Positions 29,965 to 41,068 of a stretch of 51,194 bases of DNA are shown piece by piece. The notes beneath the pieces are model-generated. The model searched no databases, was not told where the DNA came from, and worked only from the letters and a program-made list of their open reading frames with translations. The position numbers and the translations under genes are program-made. The first letter of the stretch is position 1; each line of letters opens with the position of its first letter. This DNA is from a bacterium (GTDB lineage: Bacteria; RUG730; JAAEPJ01). The stretch is taken from assembly GCA_024222485.1 (NCBI GenBank), contig JAAEPJ010000005.1, positions 1 to 51,194 on the forward strand, given 5' to 3'.

Positions 29965-32613
29965 CTATTTAGACTCAAGTTTAGCTTGTGCTGCAGCTAG
30001 TCTGGCAATTGGCAGTCTATAAGGTGAACAGCTAACATAATCAAGACCGATTCTATAACATAACTTTACGGACTCCGGATCACCTCCATGCTCACCACAG
30101 ATACCAAGCTTAATATTGGATCGAATTGATTTCCCTTTTTTTGTCGCCAGTTCAATCAGTTGTCCTACACCATCTTGGTCAATCGTTTGAAAAGGATCAA
30201 AGTTCATAATTTTTTTATCAATATAATGATTAATAAACTTAGCCGCATCATCTCGACTAAATCCATAGGTCATTTGTGTTAAATCATTGGTGCCGAATGA
30301 AAAAAATTCTGCAACCTCAGCTAATTTATCAGCTGTAATGGTTGCACGCGGAACTTCTATCATTGTTCCTACTAAGTAATTCATTTCTACAGCATATTCT
30401 TTGCGAACAGCATGAGCGACCTTATCAATAATATTTTTTTGGTTTTTAAGCTCATTCACATTCCCAACGAGTGGGATCATGACTTCTGGAACAATATCCT
30501 TGCCTTCTTTAATGAGTTCGCAAGCAGCTGAAAATAAGGCAATAGCCTGCATTTTAGTAATCTCAGGGTAAGTGATACCTAACCTACAGCCACGATGTCC
30601 AAGCATTGGGTTAAATTCATGTAACTCTTCAACTCGCTTAAGGATGATTTCTTTGGCCGTTACATCATCATTTTTCGTTCGTCCGATTGCAATCTCGAGC
30701 ATTAGTTCTTCTCGTTTTGGCAAGAATTCATGGAGTGGTGGGTCCATCAACCTTATAGTAACGGCATAACCATTCATTTCTTTAAACAATCCATAAAAAT
30801 CTTTTTTTTGTAAAGGCATAAGTTTATCTAAGCATGCTTGGCGTGTTTCAAGGTCATTAGCAAGGATCATTTCTTGCACAATAGGAATTCTATCTTCTTC
30901 AAAGAACATATGTTCCGTACGGCAAAGACCAATACCTTCAGCTCCAAAATTTTTAGCTACGATTGCATCCTTAGGAATATCTGCATTAGCCCTAACTTGT
31001 AGAGTCCGTACTTCATCTGCCCATTCCATAAAAGTAGCAAACTCTCCTGAAAGTTCAGGTTCAACTGTTTTAACAGCCGTGGCAATGACATTCCCTGTAG
31101 CACCATCAAGGGTAATGATCTCGCCTTTTTTGATCGTTACTTTTCCCACTGTAAAAGTTTCATTCTCAGAATTAATGGAGATAGCGTCACATCCTGCTAC
31201 ACAACATTTTCCCATCCCACGCGCAACGACTGCCGCATGAGAAGTCATTCCGCCACGGACAGTCAAGATTCCTTTTGCCGCATCCATCCCATGAATATCA
31301 TCTGGGCAAGTTTCAAGCCTGACTAAGATTGAATCCTCATCATTTACTCGTGCTTTTACTGCATCATCTGAGGTAAAAACAACTTTTCCAGAAACGGCAC
31401 CTGGAGATGCAGGGAGTCCGTTTGCTAAGATTGAAATTTTTTCTTGAGGATCGATGATAGGGTGAAGTAGTTGGTCTAGAGAGGCAGCATCAACACGAAG
31501 CAATGCTTCTTTTTTCGTAATCAAATTTTCGTTTACCATATCAACTGCAATTTTTATTGTAGCTTTAGCTGTTCTTTTTCCTGAACGAGTTTGAAGCATA
31601 TAGAGGTTGTTTTTTTCAACGGTAAACTCAAAATCTTGGACATCTTTGTAATGATTCTCAAGGCTAGAAGTTATTTGTTTGAGTTTGTCGAAAACTTCTG
31701 GCATATCCGTTTTAAGATCCGCAATAGGGTATGGGGTTCTAACTCCTGCAACAACATCCTCTCCTTGGGCATTAATTAAATATTCGCCATAAAATTCTTT
31801 ATTCCCTGTAGAAGGATTTCGAGTAAAGCCTACCCCTGTAGCACAGTCATTCCCCATATTTCCAAAAACCATTGCCTGCACATTAACAGCTGTGCCAATA
31901 TCCTCAGGAATTTTATTAAGTTTACGGTAAGTGATAGCACGGGTGGTATTCCAAGAATTTAAAACAGCATCTTTTGCCATATAAAGCTGTGTTAAAGTAT
32001 TCTGTGGGAAAGCCTGTCCTTGTTTATCTTTGACAATATTTTTAAAAATATTCGTAAGTTTTTTTAGGTTAGCTGAATCAACATCGGTATCGTTTTTAAC
32101 ATTGAGGTTTGTTTTCATTTCTTCAAACTTTTTTTCAAAAATATCTTTGGAAATGCCTAAGACTACATCTGAGAACATCATAATAAACCTACGATAAGAA
32201 TCATAGGCAAACCATTCATTTTTCATTAACTTTGCTAGACCTTCAACAACTTCATCATTTAAGCCAAGGTTTAAAATCGTATCCATCATTCCTGGCATAG
32301 AAACTCTTGCCCCGCTTCTGACAGAAAGAAGTAGTGGGTTTTGGGGATTGCCAAACTTTTTTGTTGTTATATCTTCTAACTTTAAGATTGCTGCAGTCAT
32401 TTGTGTGTTTAATGAGCAAGGCAGGGTTTTTGAATTTTCATAGTAATAGCGGCAGACATCGGTTGTAATAGTAAATCCTGGAGGAACAGGAACCCCTGCT
32501 TTCGTCATGTCTGCAAGCCCAGCACCTTTTCCTCCAAGTAAGTCGCGCATCCAGCCTTCGCCATCAGTGTTATTATATCCGAAAAAATAAACATATTTTT
32601 TGTTGTTTGTCAT
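29965..32613 (-). CDS. ppdK: Pyruvate, phosphate dikinase
   Basis: 882 aa. GGMTSHAAVVARGMG phospho-His domain and a C-terminal PEP/pyruvate-binding TIM barrel. Confidence 0.9.
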   Translation of the reverse strand: MTNNKKYVYFFGYNNTDGEGWMRDLLGGKGAGLADMTKAGVPVPPGFTITTDVCRYYYENSKTLPCSLNTQMTAAILKLEDITTKKFGNPQNPLLLSVRSGARVSMPGMMDTILNLGLNDEVVEGLAKLMKNEWFAYDSYRRFIMMFSDVVLGISKDIFEKKFEEMKTNLNVKNDTDVDSANLKKLTNIFKNIVKDKQGQAFPQNTLTQLYMAKDAVLNSWNTTRAITYRKLNKIPEDIGTAVNVQAMVFGNMGNDCATGVGFTRNPSTGNKEFYGEYLINAQGEDVVAGVRTPYPIADLKTDMPEVFDKLKQITSSLENHYKDVQDFEFTVEKNNLYMLQTRSGKRTAKATIKIAVDMVNENLITKKEALLRVDAASLDQLLHPIIDPQEKISILANGLPASPGAVSGKVVFTSDDAVKARVNDEDSILVRLETCPDDIHGMDAAKGILTVRGGMTSHAAVVARGMGKCCVAGCDAISINSENETFTVGKVTIKKGEIITLDGATGNVIATAVKTVEPELSGEFATFMEWADEVRTLQVRANADIPKDAIVAKNFGAEGIGLCRTEHMFFEEDRIPIVQEMILANDLETRQACLDKLMPLQKKDFYGLFKEMNGYAVTIRLMDPPLHEFLPKREELMLEIAIGRTKNDDVTAKEIILKRVEELHEFNPMLGHRGCRLGITYPEITKMQAIALFSAACELIKEGKDIVPEVMIPLVGNVNELKNQKNIIDKVAHAVRKEYAVEMNYLVGTMIEVPRATITADKLAEVAEFFSFGTNDLTQMTYGFSRDDAAKFINHYIDKKIMNFDPFQTIDQDGVGQLIELATKKGKSIRSNIKLGICGEHGGDPESVKLCYRIGLDYVSCSPYRLPIARLAAAQAKLESK

Positions 32614-32735
32614 TTAGTTAAAAACTCCTTGTTTTTTATGGTGCTCTAAATTTTTTTTTGATTAGTGAGTAATTAGTAACTAATCAATTAAGGTATTTTT
32701 TTTACATTATTTTGTATTTCGCTAATGTTAAAAAA

Positions 32736-34565
32736 TTAATCTAAGTAATCTTCTAAGATACTACTTCTTGAAGGGTGCCTTAATTTTTTTATTGCTTTAA
32801 CTTCAATCTGTCGAACCCTTTCTCTCGTCACATTAAAAATTTTACCGACTTCTTCGAGTGTTCTGGGATACCCTGAGCCGATTCCGAACCTTAACCTAAT
32901 AATTTCGCCTTCTTTAGGTGTTAGTGTATCTAATATTTCATTAATTCCTGTTTTGCGAATTGTATCTGCAGATTTTTGTTGAGGTGTAACTTGGTTTTTA
33001 TCCTCAATAAAATCTTCTAAATAGCTATCCTCATCTTCTCCAATAGGGGTTGTAAGAGATATAGGGTCTTGCATAATTTTTAACACACTTTTAGTTTTAT
33101 CAATCGGCATTTTAAGTTCTTTTGAGTGTTCTTCAAGTGTTGGTTCTCGGCCCTTTTCTTGCCTATACTTTCGGGAAGTTCTAGCAATTTTGCTGATAAG
33201 TTCTTTCATGTGTACAGGGATTCTAATTGTTCGTGCTTGATCGGCAATCGCACGATGGACTGCCTGTCTAATCCACCATGTTGCATAAGTAGAAAATTTA
33301 TACCCGCGTTCATATTCGAATTTTTCAACAGCTTTAATCAGCCCAATACTTCCTTCTTGAATTAAATCTAAAATCGTTAGGCATTGATTTACATGTTTTT
33401 TTGCAATACTTACTACTAAACGCAGGTTTGCTTTAATGAGTTTCATCTTATTTTGGTGTATTTTAATTTCGAGCCTGATAATTTTATCATAAGAATGCAA
33501 AAGTTTTTCTAAAGAAATAGAATTTGCATCTTCGATTTCTTCAACTTTCTTGCTGAAAATGTCAAATTCTTGTATTTTGCGGTCAGCTTCATTAAAGGCA
33601 ATTTTATATTTTTTTTGAAACTTTGTTTCTGATATTTCTTTTTTTAGAATTTTTTGGTAATCAGGTCTAATATTATCAATATTTTTTGGCAGTCCTACTT
33701 TTGCATTAGCAATTTCCTTTTGGTATTTTTTTACTTCCTCAGAAACTTGTTTAATACGGTCTACCAGCTTTTGCATGCGTTCATTGTTAAGATTAAGGGC
33801 TAAAATATTCTGTATGAGTAATTCTTGCAGGTTATCTAATTCTTTTTTAAAAACTTTATCTTGTTTAGATTTTAAGTTGCTGTCCTTTAGTTTCATGTAT
33901 AAATAATCTAGTCTTGGTTCTTTTTCTAAGATTAAGTTTGCGACATCTTGCATTTTTTTCTTCATATCTTTCAGAGAATCATCCGTTTTTTTCCCTCTTG
34001 GCATTAATTCTTTTGGAGTCATCTCATCTTCTTGTAACTGTGCTTCCCAATGTTTAATTTCTTTAAAAGTAACAGGTGAGCGTAAAACGATATCTTTTAA
34101 ATCTTTTTCATTATCTTTAATGCGTTTAGCAATAGCAATTTCTTCTTCTCTTTTTAAAAGCGGGACTCGCCCCATTTCACTTAAATAAAGTTTAATGGAG
34201 TCATTAGTTTTGATATCCGATTCAAAACTAAATTTAGGTTTTTCCTCATTTTCATTATCATTGACCTCACCTTCATCGCTTTTGATATCAAAGTTTTTAG
34301 TTGGTTCAATCTCATCATCATTTTGAGTATTACTGATATCAGTTGTGACATCGATTACAGCAATATCTAGTTCTTCAAATTTAATGAAGATATCATCAAT
34401 TTGATCAGGAGTTAAGTCTTTTTTAGAAATGACATTTTCAATTTTTTCATAAGTAATCGTTTCATCTTTTTGTGCTTTTTCAAAAAGTTTCAACAAATCT
34501 TTATCAGTTTTTAGCATATCATCATTTGGTTCAGCGACTTTCATTTCTTTTTTATTTCTAACCAT
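32736..34565 (-). CDS. rpoD: RNA polymerase primary sigma factor (sigma-70/RpoD)
   Basis: 609 aa. Acidic region 1.1, and regions 2-4 (IAKKH..., [25 protein letters not shown]). Downstream of dnaG as in the MMS operon. Confidence 0.9.
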   Translation of the reverse strand: MVRNKKEMKVAEPNDDMLKTDKDLLKLFEKAQKDETITYEKIENVISKKDLTPDQIDDIFIKFEELDIAVIDVTTDISNTQNDDEIEPTKNFDIKSDEGEVNDNENEEKPKFSFESDIKTNDSIKLYLSEMGRVPLLKREEEIAIAKRIKDNEKDLKDIVLRSPVTFKEIKHWEAQLQEDEMTPKELMPRGKKTDDSLKDMKKKMQDVANLILEKEPRLDYLYMKLKDSNLKSKQDKVFKKELDNLQELLIQNILALNLNNERMQKLVDRIKQVSEEVKKYQKEIANAKVGLPKNIDNIRPDYQKILKKEISETKFQKKYKIAFNEADRKIQEFDIFSKKVEEIEDANSISLEKLLHSYDKIIRLEIKIHQNKMKLIKANLRLVVSIAKKHVNQCLTILDLIQEGSIGLIKAVEKFEYERGYKFSTYATWWIRQAVHRAIADQARTIRIPVHMKELISKIARTSRKYRQEKGREPTLEEHSKELKMPIDKTKSVLKIMQDPISLTTPIGEDEDSYLEDFIEDKNQVTPQQKSADTIRKTGINEILDTLTPKEGEIIRLRFGIGSGYPRTLEEVGKIFNVTRERVRQIEVKAIKKLRHPSRSSILEDYLD

Positions 34566-34605
34566 GACTACCCTCTTTTTTTTAGTTATAGCAAGTTTGT
34601 TATAA

Positions 34606-36351
34606 CTATGCTCTTCCTTCTAGTTTTTTTAGAGCTTCTAATCTTTTTTTTAAATCATCTTTAGTTTTAGACAAATTTTTCATATTTTTTCTAATATAAA
34701 ATGCTTCTAACTCATCTTTAAAAATAGTTATCTCAACATGAACAGGTTTTTTTAAAATAGAATTAATTAAATTTTTATAGAGTATACTGCGATCTTTCTC
34801 ATCTGGAACAGCCGATACTGCCTCTCTGAGAATTTCACTTGGACTTTTTAAACTAAGCCTTTCACAATTATAGAACATATACTCAATTATTTTACTAATA
34901 TTTTTTGAAGTAATCCAGTCAAGTTTTATCAATTTCTTTGCACTATTAATCTCATTAGGATAATTAATTAAAAATTCTAAAAATTTACATTCTATTAAAA
35001 TATAGGAATGACTTGGATTACTTAGAATGTTTTTTTTATTTTTAAGTGACGCATTGCGCGTTTTTTGATTTTTTTTTGATTTTTTTAAAAACTTATTAAA
35101 CTCAAACCTAATATCAGACTCATTATCATTAATTCTATCTGCAATTATTCGAAACATTGAGTTGAGTTTTAACCTATCATTTATATTACTTAGCATTTCA
35201 AAAACTTTAGAAATAATGACTTCACGATCATGTAAATCATGTAAATTTTTATTTTTAGCCAAAATATTAATTTTATATTCAAAAGCATTCTCAGCATTAT
35301 GAATCAACATTTGAAATTTTTCGCTATTATACTTCTTGAGGTAATCATCTGGGTCTAGTTTTTCAGGGATTAACACAATTTTGACATTTAAACTATATTT
35401 TAGAAAAATATCAACAGACCTTAAGCTTGCTTTAACCCCCGCATCATCACCATCAAAGAGAAGAATGATATTATTTGTATAGCGTTTTAGGTGTTTAATA
35501 TGCTCATTAGTTAATGCTGTACCTAAAGTAGCAACAGTGTTTTTAAAGCCATTAGCATAAAGTGAGATTACATCCATATATCCTTCTAAGACTAAGACTT
35601 GTGATTTTTCTTTGATATGTTGCACAGCATTATGTAAATTATAAAGAATAGAGCTTTTTTTGAAAATTTTTGTTTCTGGGGAATTTAAATATTTAGGCAT
35701 ACCATCAGATAATACCCGTCCACCAAAAGCAATAACACGCCCTCTCACATCTGCAATAGGAAACATGATACGATCAATAAACCAATCATTAAGTTTGTTA
35801 ATTTTATTTTTTTTTAAAAGCCCCACTTGTTCAAGGAGTTTCGTATCTATTCTATGTTTTAGTGCAACACGCAAAAGTGAATCGAATTCTTCATTCGCAA
35901 ATCCTATCTTAAAAATTTTTATAATTTCATCATCAAGTTCACGCGTTTTTAAATATTTTTTTGCTTTTGGCGATTTTTCTAAACATTTATGATAATATTC
36001 TGAAACTCTATTATTGATATCATATAAATTATTTTTTTGTGATTCAAACTGTGTGTCATTTTTAGTAAAATTAAGCTTAACCCCAGCTTTTTCTGCTAGA
36101 ATTTTTAATGCCTCAGGAAAAGTGAGGTTTTCAATTTTGAGAAGGAAACTCAGCGCATCTCCTCCTTCATGACAACCAAAGCAATGAAATATCTGCTTAT
36201 CTTGGCTCACGACAAAAGAAGGAGTTTTTTCATTATGAAAAGGACAAAGACCTTTGAAGTTAGAGCCATTTTTTTTTAATGCTAAATAGTCATTGACAAT
36301 ATCAACAATGTCAATATTTGAAAGTACTTGTTCTATTTGGTCTCTGTTCAT
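34606..36351 (-). CDS. dnaG: DNA primase
   Basis: 581 aa. Zinc ribbon [11 protein letters not shown]...CFGC and a TOPRIM domain ([19 protein letters not shown]). Confidence 0.9.
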   Translation of the reverse strand: MNRDQIEQVLSNIDIVDIVNDYLALKKNGSNFKGLCPFHNEKTPSFVVSQDKQIFHCFGCHEGGDALSFLLKIENLTFPEALKILAEKAGVKLNFTKNDTQFESQKNNLYDINNRVSEYYHKCLEKSPKAKKYLKTRELDDEIIKIFKIGFANEEFDSLLRVALKHRIDTKLLEQVGLLKKNKINKLNDWFIDRIMFPIADVRGRVIAFGGRVLSDGMPKYLNSPETKIFKKSSILYNLHNAVQHIKEKSQVLVLEGYMDVISLYANGFKNTVATLGTALTNEHIKHLKRYTNNIILLFDGDDAGVKASLRSVDIFLKYSLNVKIVLIPEKLDPDDYLKKYNSEKFQMLIHNAENAFEYKINILAKNKNLHDLHDREVIISKVFEMLSNINDRLKLNSMFRIIADRINDNESDIRFEFNKFLKKSKKNQKTRNASLKNKKNILSNPSHSYILIECKFLEFLINYPNEINSAKKLIKLDWITSKNISKIIEYMFYNCERLSLKSPSEILREAVSAVPDEKDRSILYKNLINSILKKPVHVEITIFKDELEAFYIRKNMKNLSKTKDDLKKRLEALKKLEGRA

Positions 36352-36384
36352 AAATTTTTATATTTAGGGCAATCCTTTTAATTT

Positions 36385-37425
36385 TTATTTATCAGCCTTG
36401 CCGTCTCTTACGGCTGAAGACATCCCTGGTTCAAATTTTGCAGCTTTTTCAATATTATCCCATTTATTTTTAAACCAGTTGATTGTTTGGTTAATTCCAT
36501 TCTCAAACTCTGTATTAGGGTTGTAACCAATAAGTGTGTTTGCTTTTTCGATACTCGCGAGTATTCTACTTTTATTATCCCATTTTCTTCTAGCTGTATA
36601 TTTTATTCCTGCTTTATTATTTGTAAGTTCATTAATCATTGTCGCGAGCTGTCCAATTTGAATTTCTTTCCCTGCAGCGAGGTTAAATTCTTCTCCGATT
36701 GCTTCTTCCATAATAGCAACTCTTAGAAGTCCATCGACAATATCTCCTACATATGTAAAATCACGGGTTTCTTCTCCTGTTCCTGTAATTGGTAGTGGCA
36801 TCCCTTTCATTGCCCAATAAATAAAGTTGGGAATTACATTACGGTATTGTCCAGGAATTTCTCCTGGTCCATAAGAATTAAAGAATCTGGCTTTGACAAC
36901 TTCTAAGCCATATTGGTGATTAAAAAAGTTAGAATAAAGTTCTCCAAGCATTTTAGTGATCTGGTATGGAGTGCTAAGCTTCATAGACATGAAATTTTCC
37001 GTTAAGGGTAGAGGTGCTTCAGATCCATAAATTGAACAGCCGCTTGATGCATAAACAAACCTTTTGATTCCTGTTAGTTGGGCATATCTTAAAAGTTTTA
37101 GAGTTCCCATTCCATTAACAGCTAAGTCTTTTTCCGGATAATCAATTGAGTTTTGGTTAGCAAAAAAAGCTGCTAAATGAAAAATATATTCAGGTCTTTC
37201 AAAAAAAACACGCTTTAAATATTCTTCATTTAAAATGTCGCCCTCAACGAGCATTACATTCGCCAAAGAGGGGATATTCCATTTTTTTGCAGAGGAGAAG
37301 TCATCTAAAATAATAATCATTTTCGCTTCAAGCTCTGATAACTTTTTTACTAAATTACTCCCGATTGCACCAGCTCCACCTGTCACTAGAATAGTTTTAT
37401 CTTTATATTCATTTAAGTAGCGCAT
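36385..37425 (-). CDS. NAD-dependent nucleotide-sugar epimerase/dehydratase (extended SDR)
   Basis: Rossmann fold TGGAGAIGS. Catalytic S..YxxxK (SSGCS..., YQITK). 346 aa. Confidence 0.7.
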   Translation of the reverse strand: MRYLNEYKDKTILVTGGAGAIGSNLVKKLSELEAKMIIILDDFSSAKKWNIPSLANVMLVEGDILNEEYLKRVFFERPEYIFHLAAFFANQNSIDYPEKDLAVNGMGTLKLLRYAQLTGIKRFVYASSGCSIYGSEAPLPLTENFMSMKLSTPYQITKMLGELYSNFFNHQYGLEVVKARFFNSYGPGEIPGQYRNVIPNFIYWAMKGMPLPITGTGEETRDFTYVGDIVDGLLRVAIMEEAIGEEFNLAAGKEIQIGQLATMINELTNNKAGIKYTARRKWDNKSRILASIEKANTLIGYNPNTEFENGINQTINWFKNKWDNIEKAAKFEPGMSSAVRDGKADK

Positions 37426-38276
37426 GAAAAAGCCTCCTGTTTTTTAAAGTGTTATATTATTTAGATTTTGTTAAATATCTTTCAAGAACAATATTTGTGT
37501 ACAATTCATATAATAATTTTTTAGTTTGTAATATAATCTGATATTTTTTTAGAATAGGATAGACTATAATAATGAAATACTGAAACTTAAGCAACTAGAG
37601 TCGATATTTAAAACTTTATTAAGGTAGAAAGAACTTAAGTTTATATATTTTGGATAATATTATACAAAATATATTTTAATTTTTCCTTAACTTTATTATA
37701 AAAATTTTATAGATATTCTTGATTTTTTAATTATACAATTATTTGTGACTTTTAATCTTAATTTTTTTCTCTTAAAACGAGAAAATTAAAAAGTTTTCCA
37801 CAAGTTATACAGTTTTATTTGTCGACGGGTGTAGATGAGTTATCCACTATATGGTATCTGCCTTTTGGCATTTTAAAAAAAAGTTCAAATATTATAGTTT
37901 TTGCTATTTTATTTGATTTTATTTTATTAAAATTGAAAAAAATAAAAATCAACTATAATACTAAATTAGTTTTTTTCTAGTTCTTTATAATCATGAATTC
38001 AGTTATTATAAACAGCAACTGGAAGTTAAGTATGTATTATTTTTTGTGATTAATCAGTCTATGGGATATTATGTTGGTTGTTAGACTTTGTAAAGTTGCA
38101 TTGGATTTTTTCTAAATTTTTGTTGATTTTTATCAAACATTGAAAAAATTATGATAATTTAAAATAATAATACTTAAGCCTAACTTAAATTTGAGCTTAT
38201 TGAAAATTTCTGGAGTATTTACTTTATATAAAATTAATATTTGTTAAATAATTAAATAGCTTGTCTAGGAGGGGAA

Positions 38277-39488
38277 ATGGGAAGTCATAAACAGATAAAA
38301 AAAATAGTTTTAGCTTATTCAGGTGGCTTAGATACATCTGTAATTGTAAAATGGTTGATTGATAAATATAGCTGTGAAGTTATTGCCTACTGTGGTGATG
38401 TTGGGCAAGGTGCGGACCTGAGTCCATTAGAGGAGCGTGCTAAAAAAACAGGTGCTTCAAAACTTTTAATTGAAGATTTGAGAGAAGATTTTGCACAAGA
38501 ATATTTACTGCCAGCACTTCAGCTTCATGCATTATATGAAGGTCAATATGATTTAGCAACAGCATTAAACAGACCTCTTATCGCTAAAAGGTTAGTAGAT
38601 TTTGCTTTATCAGAAGGGGCAGATGCGATTGCTCATGGTTGTACAGGCAAAGGGAATGATCAAGTTAGATTTGAGGCGACGATTAATGCACTTGCACCAC
38701 AGTTAACAATTCTTGCACCTGTGCGTGAATGGGAGTTAACCTCTCGTGAGTCTGAAATAGCGTATGCTGAAAAACATAATATTCCTATTGAGATTAGTCA
38801 TGAAAAAATTTATAGTATAGATAAATGTCTTTGGGGAATTAGTATTGAATGTGGGCCATTAGAAGATCCCTATCTGGAGCCGCCAAGAAATACTTATATT
38901 ACAGTTAAGCACCTTGATGAAACACCGGATACGCCAGAATACTTAGAGCTTGACTTTGAAAAAGGTGTGCCACAAAGAATTAATGGTAAGGCATATAGCT
39001 TGGTTGATTTGATTGTTGAGCTGAATAAAGTGGGTGGCAATCATGGTGTTGGGCGTATTGATATGATTGAAAATCGTTTAGTTGGGATTAAGTCTCGCGA
39101 GGTTTATGAGACTCCTGCTGGGAGTATTTTGATTAAAGCGCATAGAGACTTGGAGTCCTTGGTTTTAGATAGAGAAATGCTTCATTACAAGGAAAATCTA
39201 ACCAATAAATTTTCTGAGTTAGTTTATTATGGTTTGTGGTTTTCTACTTTAAGGGAATCAATCGTTGCTTTTAATGATGTTGCACAGCAATATGTTACAG
39301 GGACTGTTAGGCTTAAACTATTTAAGGGGCAGGCAACAGTCGTTGGTCGAAAGTCGAAGAATTCTTTATATCTAGATGAGCTTTCGACTTATGCAGAGCA
39401 TGATAAATTTGACCAGAGTTCCTCAAAAGGTTTTATTGATCTTTGGACTTTGCCACTAAAAGTTGCAGGTCAAGTTAGGAAAAAATGA
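38277..39488 (+). CDS. argG: Argininosuccinate synthase
   Basis: 403 aa. AYSGGLDTS ATP-binding signature and a GCTGKGNDQVRFE block. Confidence 0.9.
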   Translation: MGSHKQIKKIVLAYSGGLDTSVIVKWLIDKYSCEVIAYCGDVGQGADLSPLEERAKKTGASKLLIEDLREDFAQEYLLPALQLHALYEGQYDLATALNRPLIAKRLVDFALSEGADAIAHGCTGKGNDQVRFEATINALAPQLTILAPVREWELTSRESEIAYAEKHNIPIEISHEKIYSIDKCLWGISIECGPLEDPYLEPPRNTYITVKHLDETPDTPEYLELDFEKGVPQRINGKAYSLVDLIVELNKVGGNHGVGRIDMIENRLVGIKSREVYETPAGSILIKAHRDLESLVLDREMLHYKENLTNKFSELVYYGLWFSTLRESIVAFNDVAQQYVTGTVRLKLFKGQATVVGRKSKNSLYLDELSTYAEHDKFDQSSSKGFIDLWTLPLKVAGQVRKK

Positions 39489-39556
39489 TTGATATTTTAA
39501 GAGCTTGTTTTATGCTGAGCGGGGAATATGCTGATTGTGAAAAAAAGGAACAATAA

Positions 39557-39880
39557 ATGTTAAGACACATGGTAAAATCAAAAATTGAGCGAGTAATGTT
39601 AACAGAGACGAATTTAAATTATCAAGGGAGTATTGGTATTGATCCTGATTTTTTAGAACAAGCAGATATTCTAGTCGGCGAAAAAGTTCAAGTTTTGAAT
39701 CTAAATAATGGTGAGCGATTGGAAACTTATGTGATTTTAGAACCGCGTGGCTCTAAAAATATTATTTTATATGGCCCTGCAGCGCGTAAAGGCATGAAAG
39801 GAGACTTAGTTACAATTATTTCATATATGTTAATTGATGATGCCAAAGCACGCGACTATATAATTAAGGTGGTGTCATAA
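39557..39880 (+). CDS. panD: Aspartate 1-decarboxylase proenzyme
   Basis: 107 aa. LNYQGSIGID contains the Gly-Ser self-cleavage site. Confidence 0.8.
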   Translation: MLRHMVKSKIERVMLTETNLNYQGSIGIDPDFLEQADILVGEKVQVLNLNNGERLETYVILEPRGSKNIILYGPAARKGMKGDLVTIISYMLIDDAKARDYIIKVVS

Positions 39881-39881
39881 C

Positions 39882-40400
39882 TTGGATACATATCATATTG
39901 ATATTATTATTGGAATTCTGGTGATTATTTCTTTATTTTTTGGTATTTACAAGGGGTTTTTACGGATCTTTTTTTATCTTTTAGCTGTTATTTCAGGTGG
40001 TTTTATATCCACGAAGCTTAAGATCTTGCTTGTTGATTATATTCCACCAAATTTATTAGGCACAATTTTGCTTTATGCTTTAACAATTTTGATTATTACA
40101 ATTTTTTTAATTATTATTGGTATTTTAACGGCACAGATATTTACTAAGCACCCATTTTTAAAGGTTATTGATCGGTTGGTAGGCACTTTTTTTTCAGGAT
40201 TTTTGCTGGTGATGTTTTTGGCGTTAATTTACCAAGCTACATATCAGCTTAACCCTCAACTGGTAAATAGTAAAGAAGTGGTTGCTTCAAAAGCGATGCA
40301 GACCATTAATCAGTTTAGCGAAAAAGTTTATCAGAAGCTACCTGAATCTCTACAAAAAAAAATATCGGATATGAAGTTAAACCCATATGCAGTAAAATAG
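39882..40400 (+). CDS. cvpA: CvpA-family (colicin V production) membrane protein
   Basis: 172 aa, 4 TM. N-terminal IDIIIGILVIISLFFGIYKGF is typical of CvpA. Confidence 0.65.
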   Translation: MDTYHIDIIIGILVIISLFFGIYKGFLRIFFYLLAVISGGFISTKLKILLVDYIPPNLLGTILLYALTILIITIFLIIIGILTAQIFTKHPFLKVIDRLVGTFFSGFLLVMFLALIYQATYQLNPQLVNSKEVVASKAMQTINQFSEKVYQKLPESLQKKISDMKLNPYAVK

Positions 40401-40440
40401 GAAAGCAGACTTTGCTTATCTTAAAATAAGGTCCATTTAG

Positions 40441-41043
40441 ATGCGAGTAAGAACACATGTTAACCCTTTCACTTATATTGAGAGAATGGAAAAAATAGCT
40501 TATGAAAAAATTTTCCCTGATAATAAATTTTTAGATTTTGAGATTGGTTTTGGTCGAGGGGTTTTTGCGAAAAATTATGCCAAATTTAATCCGGATAGAA
40601 ACTTAATTGCCATAGAAATTAGAAAACCTGTGGTTAAATATGTTAAAGAAGAGCTTAAAGATGCGGGTTTAAAAAATTTATATTTATTGCACGGCAAAGC
40701 TGAGATTTGTTTAGAAGATACACTAGCAGATGCCTCACTTGACAGAGTATTTTTGTTCCATCCAGATCCATGGTTAAAACTTAGGCATCATAAAAGGCGT
40801 GTTCTCCAGCATAATTTTTTAGACCTTATTTTTAGGAAATTAAAGGCTGGTGGTCGTCTATATCTTTCGACTGATGTCGAGAATTTGTGGCAAAATATGT
40901 CTAAAACTATTAAGATTCATGGTGAATTTATGAAAGTTGAAGATCAAGAGTTTTGGCAAGAACAATATATTACATACTGGCACGAATACAGTAAACGATC
41001 TGAGCGACCTTTATTTTATGCTGTGTTTAAGAAACAATCATAG
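40441..41043 (+). CDS. trmB: tRNA (guanine46-N7)-methyltransferase
   Basis: 200 aa. FEIGFGRG SAM pocket and a FHPDPW block. Confidence 0.8.
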   Translation: MRVRTHVNPFTYIERMEKIAYEKIFPDNKFLDFEIGFGRGVFAKNYAKFNPDRNLIAIEIRKPVVKYVKEELKDAGLKNLYLLHGKAEICLEDTLADASLDRVFLFHPDPWLKLRHHKRRVLQHNFLDLIFRKLKAGGRLYLSTDVENLWQNMSKTIKIHGEFMKVEDQEFWQEQYITYWHEYSKRSERPLFYAVFKKQS

Positions 41044-41068
41044 CTTGGTTACGAGAGAGGAAGATATT

